A stretch of 64,000 nt of DNA from NCBI GenBank assembly GCA_951406725.2, contig OX597837.1:16244001-16308000 (forward strand). Reading direction: 5' to 3'. Shown here piece after piece: positions 51,233-64,000 of this stretch; position 1 is the first letter of the stretch; each line of letters opens with the position of its first letter. Position numbers and translations under genes: made by a program. The DNA comes from Octopus vulgaris (taxonomy: Eukaryota). The notes under the pieces were generated by a model. That model did not search any database and was not told the origin of the DNA. It saw only the letters and a list, made by a program, of their open reading frames with translations.

Positions 51233-51558
51233 TCTTTGATTGGATTCCTCGGTCCTAGAATCAGCGACATTCCAATCCTGACCCCTACTCAAAACTACCT
51301 TAGCAGCATTATAGTTCTCCGGGTAAATCAATGCCCTTGACACTACAGTATTTGTTTATTAACAGCCGACCACAACTGGGCCCAGGACTAAGGTTGCCAA
51401 ATCTGAACTATCAGAACCCACGACCACCTCAACTGACATTCTTCACCTCGATACTCGGTGAACCTGCAAAACACATTTTGATGTTACATATAGACCCCTG
51501 AGGCCCCTGGGCAAGTGCCCACTGCATGATACTCGAGTTTTTTGTATTTTTATGCTCT

Positions 51559-51595
<37 letters not shown>

Positions 51596-51628
51596 TATAA
51601 TTATTATTATTATTATTACTTATTATTA

Positions 51629-51769
51629 TTCAGTAGTTTTATTTTTATAGCGTGCTTTCACTTCACTACCGAGCGCAGCTCTATGTGCCTTGGGTATGTG
51701 CTGTGATTTGTTGTGCTCTGATGGTTATTGTATTGAAAGTGTTTTGCGTAGGATGTGGGCAGTGCCCAG

Positions 51770-51770
<1 letters not shown>
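51629..51770 (-). mobile_element. Extreme 3' end of an R4/Dong-like LINE inserted in (ATT)n
   Basis: Minus strand reads LGTAHILRKTLSIQ* plus a short UTR, with ATT arrays on both sides. Confidence 0.75.
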
Positions 51771-51834
<64 letters not shown>

Positions 51835-54800
51835 TTGTGTGTAGCTAGGGATCTTTTCGTTCGAAGCCTAAAAATTGAATTAGTCGATTGACTTCGTCTT
51901 TTGAGTTTTATTGACTGAAAAATTAATTCTTGTCCTTAGTGAGGTCGAATTCAAAGACAACTGTTTCTTTACGAATACAGATTTATAACATTGGTACAAA
52001 GACTTCATCATATTTATTTACTTTGTACTTGTGTGTGGAGGGAGGTATATTAGTCAATTATATTGTTGAATCCAAATACTTAACTGGTGCTTTATTTACT
52101 CGGCCTTGGAAGTATAAAAGCCAAAGCTGGTCTTGACTAGATTTGAGCTCATTACGTAATGGGACATACCTAAATACTGCTAGGCATTTAGTCCTACGTT
52201 CTAATGATTCTGTCAATCCACTGTCCTTTCAACAAGAATCAACATTGTGTATAGATAAAAGTCAAAACAATATCAGTAATTAATGGTGGTGGATTGGTTA
52301 GACACGATGAAATGTCGGACAAGTACTTTGTAGTATTTATAAATGCGTATTTTTTTCGCTCTACGTTCGAATTCTACCTGTTTGAAGTTATCTGCCAATC
52401 GTTCTGAAGGTGAGAAATTTCATTATAGTCAAGTATTATGGTCGATTAAATCGATACTTTTAGAAATCGATTTTATTGATTAACGGGAAGAGGAATGTAG
52501 TCATGTTTAAAATAACTATGTAGTTGTACAAAGAAATTTTTACCATAGTCTATTTTTATTTTGATGTGATGGCAATTATGCATTTATAGATTGGTGAAAT
52601 TTCTCATCTTCGTTTTGTTTTTCTCTGAGATATAAAGAATCTATTAAAGTGCTTCCTACACCACACACACACACACTTTCTTAATATTAACATTCTCATT
52701 ATCTACGGAAGCTTTCGAGTGTTTTTGTCTTTTAAGTTTATAAGCGCTGGATCTTGTCAAACGTTCGCCCAGAGATGGAAGTCATAAATAAAGTCATTCG
52801 AAATAATATCGCAATATTTCAGGCCCAAGACTATATTTGGGAAGAGGGAGTATGGTCAATAAAATCTTAGTACTTTACTGGTACTTTATTTTGTCGATTC
52901 TGAAAGGACGAACGGCTAAGTTGACATCTGTGAGATTTGAAATGAGAATGGTAAAGTATTTTCTCCGTTCTTCAAACGATAAACTAGAAATACCAAATAT
53001 TTTCGTTAACTTTCTAAGTAGGTGTGCAGTTTTTTCAGAAAAACTATATAAAAAAAAGTATTTCGCTTTTATATTTGTTTGCAAGATCCTCGATGTGAAA
53101 TCGTTTGTGTAGCAGATGCAGTTGTACTTTGCACACAAACCCACACACTCTAGTCATATTTCATTTGCTTTTGCTGTTTACTAGTGAACAAGTGAACTAA
53201 TTGACAAATTGTTTGGTCAGTCAATTGCTTCTTCAGAGCCCTTTCGTCGTAGCCTGTGACCATATCGATGATGTGTCCTCATCTAATCAACTTCTGTCGC
53301 AAGTTTGTGCACGATACCTTTAAGGTCGCAAGCAGCCACGAAACGGCTGGCGACTAGTTGATTGATCGAAAAACTAAGATATTAAGTTAAATGATGACGA
53401 TTTCCGATTTAGGCACAAGGCCAGCAATTTTTACACAGAGGCATTTTGTCGAATTCATCGACCCTAGTACTTTATTTTATCGACCCCGAGGGATGAAAGG
53501 CAAGGCTGGTCTCGGCCGAATTTGAACTCAGAAGATAAAGAACCGAAACAAATGCCACAAAGCATTTTCTTTCGATGCTCTGAACATCTGGTCAATCTTT
53601 CACCCTTAGTTGACTGATAATAATAATACAAAAAAAAACACAAGCAATACGTATGTCCTTATTGACAAAAAGAACTTTTCAATATACAGTGACAAATATA
53701 GAAATATTAAATAATGGAATTCATTATAGGAAACAACTCCAAAATTGACGAAACATCATAAATGCCCTGTGCTAAGTTGCATATGTTTCCTACAACAGCG
53801 AGTCGAAAATTGAAATGGCTCAAAAATTATCCCTTGGTACTTATCGTATAAAAACATATCCAGTAATTGAGTGGTGATTTTATTGTATCGAATCCAGGAG
53901 TATGATCGGTAAAGCTGACGTTAGAACGTAATCGGCTGTAACAATTATTTCTATAGCGATTATTCGTTTTGATGGAGACAAGACTGTGTTATTTGTTGAG
54001 AATTAGATCAGCTTTATTGAGGAGACCCATGATCAAAGATGCTTCAGCCGTTACTATTTTTTAAATTGTATTCTACGGTTACACTGTCTTACTCTAAATA
54101 ACGAATTGAAGTGCGTCTGAAGACTATACAATCAGCTCATTTAGCAAACGAACAGCGTGCATACATACATACATACATACATACATACATACATACATAC
54201 ACACACACACATACATACATGCATACATACATGCATACATACATACATGCATACATACATACATACATACATATATACATACATGCATGCATACATACAT
54301 ACATGCATGCATACATACACACACACACACATACATACACACACACACACATACATACATGCATGCATACATGCATACATACATACATAGATGCATGCAT
54401 ATATACATAGATGCATGACATTTGACTGCTATTTCTTTTAGATAGACCACTGGTATTTTGTGTCCTGGGCCCAGTTTTGTCGCAAAACACCGATAACACA
54501 ACTGTTCGGATGTCTGCATATGACCCACAGATTCTGTTCTCTAGGTACACCATTACCTCTTTCATTCCGTCTTCCTCTTCTCTTTTTTTCCTCATCATTT
54601 TCTTATTCCTCCTCCTTGTCTTTCTTCTCTCTCTCATCTTTTCTTCTCTTCCTCCTTTTTTCTCCTTCTCTGGACCCTGGTCAGTCCTGATTGAATACGA
54701 AGAGAGGCATTCCAGTTTTAGCTATCCCTCACTTTTTTAAAAATATTTTTGACACAGTGTATCTAGAACTGCTTTATTTTATGCATCCTTCTTTAAAAAA

Positions 54801-55249
54801 ACAACAATTAATTGAAAAGAAAAATAGTGGTGTCTTATTGAATGAAATTTAACTGCTATTTTCTAATATGCCAGATTCTCAGCCAGTTTTGCCCAAAGAC
54901 GTCTTTGATTTTCAGTTTACTCATGTCGACCCTCATAACCATTCCAGCTTTTAAAAAATCCTATTAGGTTTTTATAAATAAATAAATATTAGGAATTGTA
55001 TTTCAAAAATCTGTTGAAACACATTGTGTATTGCAGAAGTATAACCAATTTTTTGCACAAATTTTAACAATAAAATCTTCCATGGTGCGCCACCCCGCTC
55101 CCAAGGGTTACGTGGATTCTGGTTCAGAACCGGTGGTGTAGAATCTCCTTCCTTGCAGAGAGGCTCTCCCGTACGTTGCCAGCATACTGCAGAAGTGCGT
55201 GAAATTAAATAAAAAGTGTACCAATGTCGCTTAGAATGACTGGATATAT

Positions 55250-55465
55250 GCTTTCCTACTCTAGGGTCAAGGCCCGAAACTTTGTGGGGGAGGGACCAGT
55301 CGATTAGATAGATTCCAGTATGCAACAGGTACTTTATTTATCGACCCCGAAAGGATGAAAGGCAAAGTCGACCTCGACGGAATTTGAACTTAAAACGTAA
55401 AGACAGACGAAATAGCACTGAGTACTTCGCCCGGCGTGCTAACAATTCTGCCAGCTCCCCGCCTT
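55250..55465 (-). mobile_element. Family-B SINE
   Basis: Reverse complement of the 33947/51013 head and central domain (TCGACCCCGAAAGGATGAAAGGCAAAGTCGACCTCG). Confidence 0.88.
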
Positions 55466-56693
55466 TTCTCTGGACGTATTCGTAGGATGTTATAGCGTAC
55501 TTCATTAGCATATAGAGTTACATATCATAGAAATGTGATATGAAAGCTATGGCTGTTGTAGCCTACAATGCTTCAGTTCTGATCTAGCATGCACATTAAT
55601 ACCATGCATGTAGGAGTTTTTTTTAAAAAAAGCAATCTATCAGTTGGTTGATGTTATTTTTACTTTTTTTCTCCAAATGTGGTCGTCGTGATTACCTTGT
55701 ATTAATCATTAGTTAAGTGCCATTCTGCCGTGGTGGACTTTGCTTTTCATCCTTTAGAGATCGATAAATTAAGTACCAGTTGCGTATTAGGGTCGATCTA
55801 ATCGACTGGCCCTCTCCCCCAAAATTTCGGGATTTGTGCCTAGAGTAGAAAAGATTAGTTCCACTACATCTTTGAGTTGCCTCCCTTTAATTGTATATAT
55901 AAGTTACTTCCCGTTTTAGCTTTAGTTTGACTAAGCTTTATTATGCAACATTGGTATAAATACTCGGATCTATTTCGAGTTGTCATCTTATGACAGCTCA
56001 ATAAAGAAGATAGAAACAAACGTTGGCTTGGCCTCATCTGCTATATCGAAGCTGGACATCATAAAGAAAAACAATTCCATTTGTTTTCTCACGAAACCCA
56101 AACTGATATATCGTCTGTTCGAAGATTTTATTTACCTAGTTTCAGTGGAATACATCCGCTTGTTTTCAATAATAGAAATATTAAAATTACTAAGTCTCTC
56201 TAAAGGAGATTACGGCAGCGTTACTGGATATTAATAGTTATCGCCAAACTAATATGGCAGTCCATAAATATAAGACTAAAGCTGTCGCTGATTAGCTCCA
56301 AGAGGCCATCGCCTCTAGCTAGCTATATGACACACGAACCTGCGTCCATTACAACCTTACAGTATCAGCCTTACATTAGCGGAGGTGAAGAGAAAGGCTG
56401 TAGACGTAGCTGGACTAGAGGAATATGGAAAAATGAGGCAGAAGATTGGCGGCAACATGAAGTTGTCGTCCCTAAAAGAATCATGGAGCAAATGGAGAAG
56501 AAAGGTATCACCTATAGGGTTCACTTGCTGAAGAACAAAAAGACTGAACAGACCATACATGACCATACCAGCAGAAACGTCTCCCTTGCATGCCACATCC
56601 GATGCTTCTTATAGCCAAGATTTCTCTCAGGGCACTTATACTCTGTTGTGTGTGCACACTGACATTATATATATATGTATATATATATATATA

Positions 56694-57104
56694 AGGCGCT
56701 GGAGTGGCTGTGTGGTAAGTAGCTTGTTTACCAACTACATGGTTCTGGGTTCAGTCCCACTGTGTAGCACCTTGGGCAAGTGTCTTCTACTATAACCTCA
56801 GACCGACCAAAGCCTTATGAGTGGATTTGGTAGACGGAAACTGAAAGAAGCCCGTCGTATATATGTATATCTATATAAATATATATGCGTGTGTGTGTTT
56901 GTGTGTCTGTGTTTGTCCCCCTAGCATTGCTTGACAACCAATATGTGTTTATGTCCCCATTACTTTGCGGTTCGGCAAAAAAGGCCGATAAAATAAGTAC
57001 TTGGCTTACAAAAGAATAAGTCCCGGGGTCGAGTTGCTCGATTAAAGGCGGTGCTCCAGCATGGCCGCAGTCAAATGACTGAAACAAGTAAAAGCGAGTA
57101 AAGA

Positions 57105-57106
<2 letters not shown>
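56694..57106 (+). mobile_element. tRNA-headed CORE-like SINE (family A), full length
   Basis: GGCGCTGGAGTGGCTGTGTGGTAAG (A-box), GGTTCAGTCCC (B-box), CCTTGGGCAAGTGTCTT and tail GAAACAAGTAAAAG, within TA repeats. Confidence 0.9.
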
Positions 57107-57202
<96 letters not shown>

Positions 57203-58050
57203 CCACAGGTGTGGCTCTCTGTGGTAAGAAGACTGCTTCACAACCACATGATTCCAGGTTCAGTTTCACTGCAGGGCACCTTGCACAAGCAACTTATGCT
57301 ATAGCCTTTGGTAGGTTGAAACTGAAAGAAGCCCACTGTATTGCTCCTCCCTACACCTCCAACACCCACACTCTATTTTTCTACCCAGGTTCTACGCTCA
57401 TATTCTTGTTACTTGAGTATATCCTAGCACTACCCCATCTCTCTTCTGCTCTCTCTTACACTTTTGCTGTTTCCTGCTCTCTTTTTTTCCCTTGGGTCAC
57501 TCTCTCCTCTTGTTTTTCTTCTGACCAGGTAACCAAGTATCAGCCTTACATTAGCACACTTGTCTCTGGCCTCTTTCTTGTACCTCTCTCTCTGACTCTC
57601 GCTCAATAACTACGTACCTCCCCTATAGCAAGATGTCTATTTCTTCCTCTCTATTTCTCTGTTACACTCTAACCTTTCATCATTTGATACTGGATCACCT
57701 ACACTGATGCCCCCTCTGTTGTGGCAAGACCCCTGCTTCTGTCTCTCTGTCATACTCTAACCTTTCATCCTCTGACACAAGTTCCCCTCCTCAAATGCTC
57801 TGCCCCTCTCATAATTCCTTGTCTTGTGAGTTACTAGGTTACCCTGCCAGTGCTGGTGCCACATTAAAAGCAGCCAGCCCACATTGTAATGTGGTTGGCA
57901 TTTGGAAGGACATCCAGCTGTAAAAACACTGCCAGATCAGATTGGAGCCTGGGGCAGCCACTGGCTTTTCAGACTTCATTCAAACCGTCCAATCCATGCC
58001 AGCATAGAAAATGGATGTTAACCGATGATGATGATGATGACAATGATATA

Positions 58051-58941
58051 TACGAGAGGATACTCAGAAGAAACTGGAATTTTGCAATGTTATTATTTTA
58101 TTCACTTAGTTTAGCATCTTTACATTTTTATTGCCTTCAAGGAATTCTCCATTTGAAGCAGCGCGTTGGTCTAGACACATTTTCCATTGTTCGAAGCAGT
58201 GCTGGGACTCTTGTGAAGTGATGCTTTTAATGCCTCCATCGATTTATTCTTCACCTCTTCCACATCTGCAAAGACTGTAGCACCAAATTTTGACAACAGT
58301 GATGACCTTTGAAAAAACGGTTCAGATCAATTTCCAATTGTCCTTTCAGTTCACGACACGCATTCACTCATGTCTGCTTCTGATTTTCCATAAGCAAGCA
58401 ATGCACAAGTTTTGCTGTGACTCTTTTCATTCGCAATTCCTTGCATAAAATTCTTTGACAGGAGCTTCAGGATACACCAGTCATATCAACAAGTTCGTCA
58501 ATTGTTCAGTGACAGTCCTCCAAGATCACTTCATGAATTTTCAGGATATTCACAGTCACCTTGAATGAGATTGGTCTTCAAGTGACAAGTGACCATTCCT
58601 AAAGTGTAAAAACCATTCGTAAACTTGTGTTTTGCTCATGAAGTATCTTTGTAAGCCATTTGAAGCATGACAACTGCTTTGGCTGCCATTTTCCCCAGCA
58701 GAAAACAGAATTTTAGGGAAGCATGCTGTTCCTTCATTTCAACCATTGCAAAAATTGACAAACAGGGGAGAAGCACTATAAAAGAAAGATGCAGCACATA
58801 GCAGTACAACCTCACGTGACAATGCCAGTCAGCTGACTGATGCCTGAAGGTTGCATAAAGTGGCTTCTAGTGGAGGAAGCTCAAACTACAATGGGCTTGT
58901 CCCACAGAGAACGTTTCTGGTTACTTTTGGGTACCTACATA
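58051..58941 (-). mobile_element. Internally deleted mariner element
   Basis: Decayed TIRs (TACGAGAGGATACTCAGAAGAAACTGGAA / TTCTGGTTACTTTTGGGTACCTACATA). Minus-strand MVEMKEQHASLKFCFLLGKMAAKAVVML..MSKTQVYEWF (HTH, ATG 58746) and C-terminal FEQWK..ASNGEFLEGNKM*. The catalytic core is missing. Confidence 0.82.
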
Positions 58942-59821
58942 TGTTGGTATGTTTACATTCCCGTAACTTAGCAGTTTGGAAAAAGTGTTCAATAGGATAA
59001 GAACCAGGCTTAAAGAAAGAAAATGAAGTAGAGGGGTTGACTCATTCCACTAAAACTGCACAGCGCATTGCCCCAGCATGGCCACAATCTAATGAGTGAA
59101 AATAGGGCTGGAGTAGAGCTGTGAAATTAGAAAAAAGGGAGATTAAATAAGGCTGGAGTAGGACTATGAGATTAGAAAAAAGGGAGATTAAATCTTTTTG
59201 GTTGTTACTTGTAATTTAGTACAACATTGGCAGGAATTTTTTTTTAACTATGTTACAGGCACTAGTGTAGCTAGAGTGAGTGCCACCCAGAGTGGCCCTT
59301 CCGTATGCCTCCCCCAGACCCCACACAAAACAAATATTGCCTACAGCAGATCCAAAAGTGCTTCCTTTGGATGGACTACTCTTACTGCCCCACCCCCCTT
59401 AGCTATGCTAGTGGTTACAAGGTTTGTAAAAATACCAAGACCAGTTGTGAAGCAGTGGTAGAGGACAAACACGGATACAAAGGCACACACAAACACACAA
59501 AATTAAAGCCAGTCAACTGATTGGCAAAATCTTGTTCACCAGCTCACTGCAACCTCTAGCCTGCAGATGTAACATCTGCTCTCACCACCTGTTCTACCAA
59601 CACTACAAGGACTTCCTTGAAAGTCAAATGTAAAGAGGGGTCTGTTAGAAGGAGACATCAAAAGAGAGAAACCAGCCAATACCTGAGGACTTTGAACCCA
59701 GCTGGGCTTCAATTCTGATGTACTTGCAGCCAGAGTTCCTTTAAGTCTAAAACAGACTTACACGTCCATCTTAAAACACAGATAAATTCAATGGAATCAA
59801 AATCTCGACACTGAGATATTA

Positions 59822-59852
<31 letters not shown>

Positions 59853-61739
59853 CAATGACTTCTGCTCCTGTGAACTAGCCAGTTACTCAATCCTTCCACC
59901 CAGGACCATCAGTTGCACCTGTCTCGCCTCCTCTCATTGAGCCAACTTTATCTTAATCCCTTCCTCCTCTCAGGCCCTAAACAAACCACTATCCAGTCAT
60001 TCCTTCCCAGAGTGTCATCCTCTTTAAATTTATTAAATCCTTTTAAAGTTAATAATGAAGGAGCAAAAGCAAGAGAAAAAAATACACAAAAGGAACAAGT
60101 AATCCTTTTGTTATTAGTCTTATACTTGCAAAAGAAGAGGAATGGGGTCTATGACGTTTTGGATATTAGTTTTTCATCAGAAAAAGAAAGAAGGTTGGCA
60201 GAAAAGAGGGAAGAAGAAAAATGTTTAGGTACGGACCTGATGGAAATGCGGTTCTATGGGGAGGAGTTAAGAGATGAAGAGGCAGCATGTTATGTGCATA
60301 AGAGATTCTCTGTGTAAAGAGATGGGTAGAAGGGAAGATGCATGAGCGGTTTGGGTACAGGTCTTTAGTTGGGGCTAAGTGGATGTGGTGAAGGTGAGAG
60401 TGTGTGGATAGAGATAAAATAGCGGGATGGGGGGGGGAAGAACGGTGGAGAAAACGATGTGATGGATAAAAGAAAATAAAACTGGTACAAGTTCGGAGAA
60501 AAAGGTACAAAGTCGACGAAAAGTGGAGAAATACAAAGGCTAGATATGATATCCGAAAAATAAGTTGAGCGTGAAAGAGTATGTAAAAAGGCAAAGAGGA
60601 AAGGAACAGAATGGTTTTAAAAAATATTCAAAGCACATAGAATGGTTAATGCGAATGGGAAAGTTGATTAAAAGTTGCAAAACTAGGGATTTGTGATATT
60701 AGAGTTTTTTATTTTTTTCATGCAATTTGTCCCAGGTCCCCCCAAATTTCGCCCCTCGTAGAAGCTCTTTCGTTTAGTCAAGCGTCCGGCCTCCTGCTTC
60801 AACCGTCTCTCAACAATAATTCACAGATCGGCAGATTTTTCTCCAGTTTTCACTCCTTTACCACACAAACCTTCTTGCTTTCAACACAAATCACAATTCA
60901 AGCAACTACTGTAAATACCCGGTTAAGAAACAACAGGTTTTAAACGGCCGTCTTACATTTTACTGTAGGAATTAGATATAAAAAAAGTAAAGGGAAAATA
61001 ATGAGATCAACGAACGAAGTGTGAAAGCAACGAATCCTGCGGCCTTTCTATTCGAGACGAACCACACAATGACACGGAGAGCGAAATACTTTTAGGCCAA
61101 ATATTTTAAAATATATTACTAATGACTAAATAAATTAAAGATTAAGATCGTTCATTTAAATATTGATGATTATAACATTATTCCCGTCTTTAAAATATGT
61201 ATATATTTTTTTTGCGTCTAACATTCATTATTGTTTAGTATTAATTATTTTCTCGCATTGTGAAAATGCTTTGATGATGTTATGATGCTGAGAAAATATT
61301 CTTTTTGAAGTTTGATTTTGAAAGATGAGTCGAGGTCGAAATCAATCAAGCTGATGATGACGACGTCGATTATGATGCAGGGATTGGCATGGGTGTAGTG
61401 TCGGATACACACACACACATATATACATAATATAAATATACATATACACACATATATATATATATATGTATATACGTACACGCACACACACAGCTCTCGC
61501 TCTCTCTCTCTATATATATATACACGACTCATATTAGCATATATATATATATATGAGTCGTGTGTGTCTATGAGAACATGTGTATTTCCTTGGATTCCAG
61601 ATCATCCATATGTGTGTGTGTGTGTGTGTGTGTACATATATAAATACACACACACAAACCAATGGACATATCAAGTACACACACACACACACGTATACAT
61701 CTACAGTGCATTTGCAATTTAAACCAATGATAGGCACGG

Positions 61740-61948
61740 ATAACATTTGGTGCGTTATTCAATGGCAAGCCCGCAGCGAGGGACGTAGCAGTGGTGTTAC
61801 GTCAGCACTTGACGAACGTACACACACACGCACACACACACAAACACACACATACACAGCTCTCGCTCTCTCTCTCTATATATATATACACACACACACA
61901 CACACGCGCACACACATACATCTCTACACGTACACACGCACCAAAGAG
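61740..61948 (+). promoter_or_regulatory. Probable ArfGAP2/3 proximal promoter and 5' UTR; CpG-rich with a CRE/ATF-like TTACGTCA (61797-61804)
   Basis: CpG-retaining sequence immediately upstream of the ATG. The motif is visible, but the TSS is not determinable. Confidence 0.45.
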
Positions 61949-62020
61949 ATGGCGGAGCAACCGTCTAAGACAGATATTTCGGCTGTCTTCAAGCGACTTA
62001 AATCTATTCCATGTAACAAG
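61949..62020 (+). CDS. ARFGAP2: ADP-ribosylation factor GTPase-activating protein 2/3, first coding exon (MAEQPSKTDISAVFKRLKSIPCNK); gene continues beyond the window
   Basis: Strong ATG context (GAGATGG), 24 codons, donor AAG|GTAACA in phase 0. It matches the ArfGAP2/3 N-terminus (P-x-K-x-[DE]-I-xx-[VIL]-F-K-R-L-x-x-[IV]-P-x-N-K) that precedes the CxxC zinc finger. Confidence 0.88.
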
Positions 62021-63211
62021 GTAACACCACTTCACAGCTTCTCTTCTCTTCTTTATCCGCTGACATTTCCTAATATTTATTTTGCTTCTCTCCACCATTC
62101 TACAGCCAGTCCTCTGGTCTCTGCGCTGCTTACATACGTATCTCTTGTATATAGAGATTTTATATATATATGTTATATATGTTATGTATATATGTTTATA
62201 TACATATGTATATATATATATACATATGTATATGTTATATATATATATATTCGTGGCTACTGTCAATCGAAGCTGTCCAAATTTGTGCTTTGCCCTCTTC
62301 CCTGTCTCCAGCTGTTGTCAGTTTATAATGGATTTGTATTTAATAAGAATAATAATAATTTCTTTTGCTTTCACACCTTGACGAGTAAATCAGTTTTCAT
62401 AGATTGAAAGAATTATAAATATACAGAAAAAAAGAATATATGAAATCAACCCAGATGTGATTCGAACTGGAGATCCTAAATAGAAATGGGTCTTATAATC
62501 ATAGTAAAGGCCTGACATTTGGGAGTAGGGTCCAGTCAGTGACCTCGACCCCCAGTGCTCACCTTATTTTATCGAACCCGAAAGGATGACAGTTGACCTC
62601 GGTAGGATTCGAACCCCAGAACACAATGTTTATTGTAATAATAATAATTATTGTTATTCTGGAATTTGTGAGAGCGGATTAGTGGTTGCCTCGACCCAGT
62701 ATATGACTGGTACATAATTTAATTGATCCCTTCGCTTGGAGTATAATTGATTCAGTCGGTCCCAGGATATAATTGCTTCTTAATTAAACAACAACGGACT
62801 GTCAGAAAAAAACAAAGAAATCCAGATTGAAAGACGAATTTGGACACAAAATGTTGAGAAGGGAATTCAGTCGAGGAATATTGATAAGGCTTTCTTTTCA
62901 TGTGTCACGATGCCAAATTTTTCAAAGGTTTTCTGTGAGTTTTGGGGAAATGGTTGAGTGAAAGGACATCAGTGTCTTTCTCTACTGTTTACAGAGTCAA
63001 ACGAGAGAAGGTTTTTATGTGGCCGCTCGATATGCTAGAAATAACAGCTAAATCTCCCTAAAAATCACACCCTAGGGTCTTAAAATAAAGGACAGCTGGA
63101 TAATGTTATCCTTGGTGTGCCACTGAAAAGACGGTGGAATTCCTTCGATCACAGATCTGCTTGGTTAAGTTTTGAACTGGGCAACACAGCAACGACTGTG
63201 AACGATTGGTT

Positions 63212-63251
<40 letters not shown>

Positions 63252-63253
63252 AG

Positions 63254-63396
63254 AAAATTTTAAATTGGGGTATCTCCGAGATACCACCATCCTGAAATAG
63301 CCGTGAACCGACTCTAAAACCACCTTCAGTTGAGTCAGTTCACGGCTGCTATTTTCAGCATGGTGGTATCTCGTAGATACCCTAATTTATAATTTT
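63254..63396. repeat. Long inverted repeat (~60-bp arms, ~17-nt spacer) in ArfGAP intron 1
   Basis: Left arm AAATTGGGGTATCTCCGAGATACCACCATCCTGAAATAGCCGTGAACCGACTC versus the reverse complement of the right arm AAATTAGGGTATCTACGAGATACCACCATGCTGAAAATAGCAGCCGTGAACTGACTC. Confidence 0.92.
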
Positions 63397-63486
63397 AATA
63401 ATTATTACCTTTGAAGGTTATTTTTTCCATGCTGACCACTTGATAAGAAGGTTATTTTATTTTAAATTAACTATCTTATCCTTATT

Positions 63487-63526
<40 letters not shown>

Positions 63527-64000
63527 AGCAACATACACACACACACACATGAACTGTTTACAATCACCATAACTTAATAGGATGGGATAAGCAAGGGATG
63601 GTTAGGAAAATAAGAGTAAATAAACTACATCAAAAACCAAATCTTCATACAGTTATCTCCTATCGATTCAATGTAAGAAAACAGTGGAAAAAACACTGGC
63701 GAAGCTTTGGAGAATTCTATTATTATTATTTTTATATAAAGCTCAAACCTAGCTTGACTTGATCTGCTCCTTCTGGACAGGTTCTTGAATGTAAGTTGTT
63801 TTTCTCTCCTTATTAAATATACATCTTATAGTGGTTGGGGGGTGGGTTATGGCTACGATTAACCTATTCTGAAAAATTCTATTTCATGTGTGTGTGAATT
63901 TATATACGGTAAAACTCAATGCGTAAATTAAGAGTGTGTGTATGTATATATATATATGTGTGTGTGTGTATGTATGTATGTATATATATAACCTTTTATT

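Noticed and set aside
55040-55062. Sm-site-like AATTTTTTG suggesting an snRNA
   Set aside because: Flanks do not resemble U1/U2/U4/U5 sequences or structures.
56694-56770. tRNA gene
   Set aside because: A/B boxes are present, but the sequence continues into the SINE body found in many copies; it is a tRNA-derived SINE head, not a cloverleaf gene.
61580-62407. 275-aa ORF as a single-exon gene
   Set aside because: Only 61949-62020 is ArfGAP-like and it ends at a GT donor. The rest is microsatellite and intron read-through.

Overview
Eukaryotic, AT-rich, microsatellite- and transposon-dense genomic DNA. The SINE families, (TA)n/(CA)n/(TAA)n-filled introns and R4/Dong, HERO, RTE and Penelope relics point to an octopus (coleoid cephalopod) genome; this is inference, not a database result. 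Two host genes are supported by splice-aware reading. (1) A complete minus-strand CRAL-TRIO/Sec14 lipid-transfer gene (alpha-tocopherol transfer protein-like / clavesin-like) has 7 coding exons between 32485 and 10183 (939 nt, 312 aa), all with GT-AG introns in consistent phase. (2) The first coding exon of an ArfGAP2/3 gene lies on the plus strand at 61949-62020, head-to-head with gene 1. The rest is a 28-bp satellite array (1-2562), a 21-bp minisatellite, at least four SINE-like families, non-LTR retrotransposon fragments, mariner/hAT/Helitron relics and simple repeats. Almost all ORF-track entries are repeat artefacts. No prokaryote-type system such as CRISPR is present, and I cannot support a wholly new multi-gene system. 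The best leads are an AG-free array of 18 branch-point-like units ahead of the last CRAL-TRIO exon, a satellite with a recurring cassette that may be SINE-derived, a young stop-free RTE-type insertion splitting a SINE, and a nested-palindrome hairpin in ArfGAP intron 1.
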